Source: Rhodospirillaceae bacterium
GTDB lineage: Bacteria; Pseudomonadota; Alphaproteobacteria; Rhodospirillales; CALINB01
Direction of reading: 5' to 3'
NCBI GenBank assembly: GCA_038114465.1
Contig: JAYNQW010000006.1
Span: forward strand, 43,059 to 107,058
Length of the DNA stretch: 64,000 nucleotides
The notes under the pieces are model-generated. The model saw only the letters and a list, made by a program, of their open reading frames with translations, had not been told where the DNA came from and made no database searches. Below, in pieces: positions 59,297 through 64,000 of this stretch; within the stretch, counting starts at the first letter, position 1; each line of letters begins with the position of its first letter. A program made the position numbers and the translations under genes.

Positions 59297-60301
59297 TTAC
59301 CGCTTGGGTTCGTCTCTATTGGGTTCATCGGGAAAGAGTTTATCGAGTAAATCGTCAACGGCGAATTCATCTTGCCATGTAATTTTAATGGATAATACGG
59401 CAATTCCCGCGCGTGAATCGGCAGGTAAGCGGACCGCATCCTTGGCCGTTGTCACCAGACGGGCCTGCTGGGCTTCGGCCCGTTCCCGCAAGTCCGATAT
59501 GTCTTGTGGCGAATAGGCATGGTGATCGGCGAAAGACCGCGTTTCGATAACATCGCAGCCGATCTGCGTTAAAAAATCGAAGAATTTCTGCGGCAATCCA
59601 ATACCGGCAAAGGCGAGAACGCGCTCGCCTTTCAATTGATCAGCTTCCGGTCCCGGCTCGATCCGGGCACGAAGGACAGGACGCGCCGTGTCGATTGTTT
59701 TAAGGACACCGGTCTGATCCTCGCCGATGAGAACCACGGCATCGGCTCGACCAAGCGCGGCCTCGGCGGGTTCGCGCAAGGGGCCGGCCGGAATTAGCCG
59801 GCCGTTGCCGAAGCCGAAGGCGCCATTAATCACGCAAACGGAAACCGTTTTGTGCACGCTCGGGTTTTGAAATCCGTCATCCATGACGATGGCCCCGGCG
59901 CCATCGACGGTTGCAGCGAGGATACCGTCTTTGCGGTTGCGCGATACCCAGGTCGGCGCGGTGCGTGCGAGCAGCAATGCTTCATCGCCGGTGTGTTCGC
60001 AAGCATGAGTTTCTGTATTGACCTTCACTGGGCCTTTTAAGGAACCGCCGTAACCGCGCGTGAGATAATGAACGCCGATGCCGCGTTCGATGAGGCGCCG
60101 GCCCAGACTGATCGCGACCGGTGTTTTCCCCGCACCCCCGGCGACGGCATTACCGATACATAAAACGGGAATGAGGGACTGCCAGGGCGTTGTGCCGCTT
60201 GTGCGGACCAGTGATGCCATGCGGTACAAAACGCTAAACGGTGTGAGGCACGCCGCTAACACCGATTTATTTTTATTGTACCAAAAATCAGGTGTTCGCA
60301 T
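59297..60301 (-). CDS. lpxK: Tetraacyldisaccharide 4'-kinase
   Basis: IGN..AGGAGKTP, RGYGG, GDEA, MDDGFQN, PAGPLRE, DHH, TTAKD. Confidence 0.94.
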   Translation of the reverse strand: MRTPDFWYNKNKSVLAACLTPFSVLYRMASLVRTSGTTPWQSLIPVLCIGNAVAGGAGKTPVAISLGRRLIERGIGVHYLTRGYGGSLKGPVKVNTETHACEHTGDEALLLARTAPTWVSRNRKDGILAATVDGAGAIVMDDGFQNPSVHKTVSVCVINGAFGFGNGRLIPAGPLREPAEAALGRADAVVLIGEDQTGVLKTIDTARPVLRARIEPGPEADQLKGERVLAFAGIGLPQKFFDFLTQIGCDVIETRSFADHHAYSPQDISDLRERAEAQQARLVTTAKDAVRLPADSRAGIAVLSIKITWQDEFAVDDLLDKLFPDEPNRDEPKR

Positions 60302-61595
60302 GATGATCCTTTTGTGGTGTCCCAGCCAAAAGCAGCGGCGTGATAGAATCATATATCCGGTCCAAGGCGCCGTCTTGTGATTGGGCGATTTGGGCGGCGG
60401 CAAGGGCAAGGCGTTTGCAAGCCGCCGGATCGTTGAGCAATTCACCGACGGTTTGGTGCAGCGTGCCGGCATCGGTTACTTCGCGAAAGGCGCCGGCCTT
60501 ACGAAGGTTGTCAGTAATGTCGGCAAAATTGATTGTATGGGGGCCTTGCACGATGGCGCATTGTAGGCGCGCCGGCTCTAAGGGATTTTGTCCACCGCCA
60601 TGGCCGTTCTCATCCGAAAGCGATTTTCCCATAAAAACGATATCACAAAGGCGATAAAACAAACCGAGTTCGCCCAAAGTGTCGGCAATATAAACGTCGG
60701 TTTCAGGGCTCGGCGCTTGTGATTGCGACCGTTGTGATGTTTTAAGGCCGGCTGCTTCGAATATCTCTTTGATCGTGTTGCCGCGTTCCGGGTGCCGCGG
60801 CACGACGATTGTAAGGGTACCGGGAGATGTTGTGCGTAGCGCTTGATGGGCTTCGGCGATGACTTCTTCTTCACCGGGATGGGTGCTGGCGGCAAGCCAG
60901 CAGGGGCGCTTGCCGATCATTGATTCCAGTTTCGCCATCTCTGCTTCGTCCACCGGCAAGGGGGGCGCTGAAAATTTTAAATTACCAAGGCATTGTGTGT
61001 TGGCGGCACCCAGGACGCGAAGACGCTCTGCATCCAGGTCGGTTTGACCGAGACAGAGTTTAAACGGCGACAGCAATCGGCGGATAAATTTCGCCTGGCG
61101 TTGCCAGCGGTCGAAGGAACGCGATGAAATGCGGCCATTGACCAGGGCCATGGGGATCGCGCGGTCATGGCATTCATGAATCATGTTCGGCCAAAATTCC
61201 GATTCGGCCCATAGCACGAGATCCGGTTGCCAGTGATTGAGAAACGGGCGGACATAAGCGAGGCAGTCGACCGGGACAAATTGGTGAAATGTGTTTTTGG
61301 GCAAACGCTCGGTCATGAGTTTTGCCGAGGTTACCGTGCCGGTGGTGATCATGATGTTGAGTTTGTCTTGTTCTCGGGCAAATTTTTCGATCAACGGTAA
61401 CAGCGAGAGCGCTTCGCCGATGCTTGCGGCGTGCGCCCAGATGAGCTTGCCTTCGGGGCGCGCCCGGCCCGGTTGGCCGAGACGTTCAGAGAACCGCTCC
61501 GGGTCTTCTTTGCCCTTGGTTTGCCGGTAAGCGAGATACAGCCGAATGAGCGGCCGGCCGGCGGATGTCAGGGCGCGGTACAGCGGTAGCATCAT
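60288..61595 (-). CDS. waaA: Kdo transferase
   Basis: WAHAASIGE, ESEFWPN, GNLK, AASTHPGEE, VPRHPERG, DTLGEL, GGQNPLEP. Confidence 0.95.
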   Translation of the reverse strand: MMLPLYRALTSAGRPLIRLYLAYRQTKGKEDPERFSERLGQPGRARPEGKLIWAHAASIGEALSLLPLIEKFAREQDKLNIMITTGTVTSAKLMTERLPKNTFHQFVPVDCLAYVRPFLNHWQPDLVLWAESEFWPNMIHECHDRAIPMALVNGRISSRSFDRWQRQAKFIRRLLSPFKLCLGQTDLDAERLRVLGAANTQCLGNLKFSAPPLPVDEAEMAKLESMIGKRPCWLAASTHPGEEEVIAEAHQALRTTSPGTLTIVVPRHPERGNTIKEIFEAAGLKTSQRSQSQAPSPETDVYIADTLGELGLFYRLCDIVFMGKSLSDENGHGGGQNPLEPARLQCAIVQGPHTINFADITDNLRKAGAFREVTDAGTLHQTVGELLNDPAACKRLALAAAQIAQSQDGALDRIYDSITPLLLAGTPQKDHHANT

Positions 61596-62314
61596 GAGGC
61601 GGCCTGTTCGGCTTGTTGCACCGGTGCCGGTTCAATTGTCGCGCAGCCGCATAAAGTGTCGGCTTCGTCGGTGACGGCGTTGAGGCCGTCCTCGACTTTT
61701 TGCCGCGCCGTTTCCATATCAGTGCCTTCGGTGTCGCGGTCGATATAAATCGGGCTTCCCCACACGATGACGCCGCGGGAAAACGGCCAAGCGAGAATAA
61801 ACCGGTCCCAGGAACCGAGGGCGCGACGACGGGTGATGCCGAAACTGGCGGGCACGATGGCAGCACCCGACAACTTGGCGACATTGACGATGCCGTCGCT
61901 CGCGCGCATGCGCGGACCGCGCGGGCCGTCCGGTGTGATGCCGATGCACTCGCCCGCCTTTAAGGCGTTCAGCATGCCGCGCAAGGCTGCCGTGCCGCCG
62001 CGGGTCGAGGAGCCGGCAATGGTCTTGATGCCAAAGTGCGCGACGGTTTTGGCAATCAGTTGTCCGTCCGCATGACTTGAGATCAGCATATGGATCGATT
62101 GCTGCTTGTCCCAACAGTGCGGCATCATCAGAAGCCGGCCGTGCCAAAAGCTAAGAATGAACGGCTGGTTCTTATCATGAAACGATTTCGGGATTTCGCC
62201 TCTAACGGTTTGCCAGCGGCTGGTTGCGTACACGAACCGAATGTAGCCTGCACCCAGCCAGCACAAAAAGCGCCTGACACTTTCTTTTCGGGAAATGGTT
62301 TTGATCAGCGACAC
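61592..62314 (-). CDS. DUF374 lysophospholipid-acyltransferase-like protein
   Basis: FWHGR, ISSHADG, GSSTRGG, TPDGPRGP, SWDRF...PF. Confidence 0.88.
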   Translation of the reverse strand: MSLIKTISRKESVRRFLCWLGAGYIRFVYATSRWQTVRGEIPKSFHDKNQPFILSFWHGRLLMMPHCWDKQQSIHMLISSHADGQLIAKTVAHFGIKTIAGSSTRGGTAALRGMLNALKAGECIGITPDGPRGPRMRASDGIVNVAKLSGAAIVPASFGITRRRALGSWDRFILAWPFSRGVIVWGSPIYIDRDTEGTDMETARQKVEDGLNAVTDEADTLCGCATIEPAPVQQAEQAAS

Positions 62315-62349
62315 CGGTGTTCTCTTTCAAACGCCGTTACGGCGGGTGA

Positions 62350-64000
62350 TTATTCGGCTTCGAAAAACTGCATGGCATAAAGACGGGCATACAAACCGTC
62401 GAGCTCCAACAGTTCTTGATGGCTTCCTTGTTCGACGATACGGCCATTATCCATGACATAAATGACATCTGCATCCATGACGGTTGAGAGGCGATGGGCG
62501 ATAACTAACGACGTGCGGCCATGCATCAATTCGTGCAGCGCAGCTTGAACCTGACGTTCGGATTCCGAATCCAGGGCCGATGTTGCTTCGTCAAGCAGCA
62601 GGATCGGCGCGTTTTTCAGCATGGCGCGCGCAATGGCCAGGCGCTGACGTTGCCCGCCGGAAAGTTTCATGCCCCGTTCGCCGACCGCGGTATCGTACCC
62701 TTGAGGCAGTTGTGTGATGTAGTCGTGTGCGGCGGCATGTTGGGCCGCTTCGATGATCTCCGCTTCCGTCGCGTTCGCGCGGCCATAAGCGATATTGGCG
62801 CGGATGGTATCATCGAACAGAGTGATTTCCTGACTGACGAGGGCAATGTTGGCGTGTAACGACGATAAGGTCGCATCGCGGACATCCATGCCGTCGATTT
62901 TTACGGTTCCCTGATCGACATCGTAAAAACGCGGAATGAGATTGAGGATCGTTGACTTGCCGGCACCCGACGGCCCGACCAGCGCGATTGTTTGCCCTGC
63001 CGCAACATTAAAGGAGATATCGTTGATCGCACTATGGCCGGGTGTATAGGAGAACGATACATTTTCAAACTCAATGCCACCCTGTGAGACAGATAAATCC
63101 TTTGCGTTATTTTTCTCGCGAATGTCGGGTTCAATATCCAAAATGGCAAACAAACGCTGCGCCCCGGCGAGACCTTCCTGCAGGCTTGCATTCAAATTAG
63201 CAAGCCGTTTCATTGGCTCATAGGCCAGCAACAATGCGGTGATGAACGAGAAAAACGAGCCTGGATCGGTCTGCTGTTCGATGACCCGGTAGCCGCCGTA
63301 GATAATGACAACGGAAATAGCAATACCGCCGAGGGTTTCCATGATGGGGCTTGAAAGTGCACGGACCCGGGCAGCCTTAAATGAGAGTTGGTAAATCCGT
63401 TCGACAATTTCGGCAATGCGGCTTTTTTCATAGTTTTCCATGCCGTAGGATTTCACCACGCGAATGCCTTGGAACGTTTGCTCCAAGAGGGCGGTAAACA
63501 GGCCGGTTTCCGCTTGCGTGTTTGCCGTAACTTTCCGCATGCGCCGCCCGAGCCGGACAATCGGGTATACGGCAATGGGAAACACGAAGAATGAGATGGC
63601 CGCAAGCTGCCAGTCCTGTAAAAACATCACGGCAACCAAACCGATAAGTGACAATAAATCTTTGCCAAGGCTGGTGAGAACGTTGGACACGGCGGCACGC
63701 ATCGCATTGATGTCGATGGTAAAGCGTGACAGCAATTGGCCCGTCTGGTTGTTTTGAAAAAAAGCGAGGTCCATGTGAGCGAGGTGGGCGTACAAGCGGT
63801 TTTGATTATCGGCAATGATTTTTAAACCGACATGACTCATCAACGTCGCTTGGGCGTAATTGGCGATTCCCTTAACGACAAAGGTTAATAAGACGGCGCC
63901 GCCGACCAGCCACAGCATAGTCTGGTCTTTACGGATAAACACGTCATTGACGACGGGTTCCATGAGCCAGGCGCTGAGTGCCGTGGCCCCCGCCATAATC
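62350..64000 (-). CDS. msbA: Lipid A exporter MsbA-like ABC transporter, 5'-truncated by the window edge
   Basis: Transmembrane domain plus GPSGAGKS, LSGGQRQR, LDEATSALD, IAHRLST; upstream of waaA and lpxK. Confidence 0.88.
   Translation of the reverse strand, partial: IMAGATALSAWLMEPVVNDVFIRKDQTMLWLVGGAVLLTFVVKGIANYAQATLMSHVGLKIIADNQNRLYAHLAHMDLAFFQNNQTGQLLSRFTIDINAMRAAVSNVLTSLGKDLLSLIGLVAVMFLQDWQLAAISFFVFPIAVYPIVRLGRRMRKVTANTQAETGLFTALLEQTFQGIRVVKSYGMENYEKSRIAEIVERIYQLSFKAARVRALSSPIMETLGGIAISVVIIYGGYRVIEQQTDPGSFFSFITALLLAYEPMKRLANLNASLQEGLAGAQRLFAILDIEPDIREKNNAKDLSVSQGGIEFENVSFSYTPGHSAINDISFNVAAGQTIALVGPSGAGKSTILNLIPRFYDVDQGTVKIDGMDVRDATLSSLHANIALVSQEITLFDDTIRANIAYGRANATEAEIIEAAQHAAAHDYITQLPQGYDTAVGERGMKLSGGQRQRLAIARAMLKNAPILLLDEATSALDSESERQVQAALHELMHGRTSLVIAHRLSTVMDADVIYVMDNGRIVEQGSHQELLELDGLYARLYAMQFFEAE

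Noticed and set aside
1-64000. CRISPR arrays, rRNA, IS elements, prophage genes, riboswitches
   Set aside because: No regularly spaced repeats, transposase or phage motifs, or recognisable riboswitch consensus seen by eye. An Infernal/Rfam scan would be needed to exclude small RNAs.

Overview
64 kb of an alphaproteobacterial chromosome, Rhodospirillales-like by gene content and order (ribF-ileS-lspA-DUF3035-M16-M16, msbA-DUF374-waaA-lpxK-lpxL, coq7). Both ends cut genes: cimA on the left, msbA on the right. From about 26.6 kb onward the window is mostly housekeeping: cysI, nadA/nadC, a complete bioF-H-C-D-A-B operon, ribF, ileS, lspA, pgi, mutL, rsmD, rluB, tadA, purD, xseA and lipid A genes. 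The 2-26.4 kb part is more accessory. It holds a TetR-controlled redox module with visible operators, a tRNA-Leu(CAA), and a catabolic cluster (TctABC transporter, three Fe(II)/2-oxoglutarate oxygenases, a formamidase-like hydrolase, a CoA ligase and an acyl-CoA dehydrogenase pair). Three proteins resemble families best known from eukaryotes: a TPR + protein-arginine-methyltransferase fusion (PRMT7/PRMT9-like), an MmgE/PrpD enzyme with ACOD1/IRG1-like motifs, and a small lipoprotein with a defensin-like six-cysteine pattern. I saw no CRISPR array, rRNA, transposase or intact integrase. All family calls come from motif recognition by eye; no database search was run.
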